Origin: Candidatus Vampirococcus lugosii | Lineage (GTDB): Bacteria; Patescibacteriota; Gracilibacteria; Absconditabacterales; Absconditicoccaceae | NCBI RefSeq assembly: GCF_018420025.1 | Contig: NZ_JAEDAM010000049.1 | Span: 1-6,851, forward strand | DNA length: 6,851 nucleotides | Reading direction: 5' to 3' | Shown: one piece after another, positions 6,773-6,851 of the stretch | Numbering within the stretch: position 1 is the first letter of the stretch | How the letters are laid out: each line of letters starts with the position of its first letter | Notes under the pieces: generated by a model | The model's input: the letters and a program-made list of their open reading frames with translations, nothing else | Told to the model about the DNA's origin: nothing | Databases searched by the model: none | Made by a program: the position numbers and the translations under genes

Positions 6773-6851
6773 ATGAAAAACATTAAGTCAAATAGATTGA
6801 AACTAACTGTTCGTCATCAACCCCCTCTGTTGCCAAAGATGGTGATTGAGT
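6773..6851 (+). CDS. 5' end of an unidentified ORF, truncated by the window edge
   Basis: ATG 6773-6775 opens the only open frame here: MKNIKSNRLKLTVRHQPPLLPKMVIE... The last ~45 nt are noticeably more GC-rich and use codons (ccc, ctg, gtg, cgt) that are rare in the other genes. A structured RNA cannot be excluded. Confidence 0.3.
   Translation, partial: MKNIKSNRLKLTVRHQPPLLPKMVIE

Noticed and set aside
1-6851. TGA = tryptophan (table 4, Mollicutes/Spiroplasma-type code), suggested by the very low GC content
   Set aside because: TGA aligns to glycine motifs: GPKG, GHGVG, GGVAV and the GGM tail. Trp is still encoded by TGG, for example tat TGG tat TGA = Y-W-Y-G in lgt. Reading TGA as Trp would destroy these motifs.
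1-6851. TGA as selenocysteine or programmed readthrough
   Set aside because: About 96 sites in under 7 kb, including tandem TGA-TGA pairs. None is at a redox Cys/Sec position, and no SECIS-like hairpins follow them.

Overview
The window is very AT-rich (roughly three-quarters A+T by eye) and gene-dense, and every gene I can support is on the + strand. The standard-code ORF track is fragmented because in-frame TGA is a sense codon here. Reading TGA as glycine (NCBI translation table 25) restores full-length map, groES, groEL and lgt, with TGA on family-invariant Gly positions. TGG still encodes Trp, and every gene ends in TAA or TAG. Table 25 is already described for Candidatus Absconditabacteria/SR1 and Gracilibacteria/BD1-5 (Patescibacteria/CPR), so this is a known but rare recoding and the main signal in the window. 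Layout under table 25: (1) small acidic protein, then methionine aminopeptidase and a terminator; (2) promoter, CIRCE-like operator, groES, 54-codon small ORF, groEL and a terminator; (3) promoter, 105-aa basic orphan protein and tRNA-Arg(UCG); (4) 476-aa N-terminally membrane-anchored orphan protein, then lgt and a terminator; (5) a near-consensus promoter, a perfect 20-bp palindrome and the first 26 codons of another ORF. I saw no mobile elements, CRISPR arrays or rRNA. All coordinates, translations and codon counts were made by hand from the sequence and should be recomputed.
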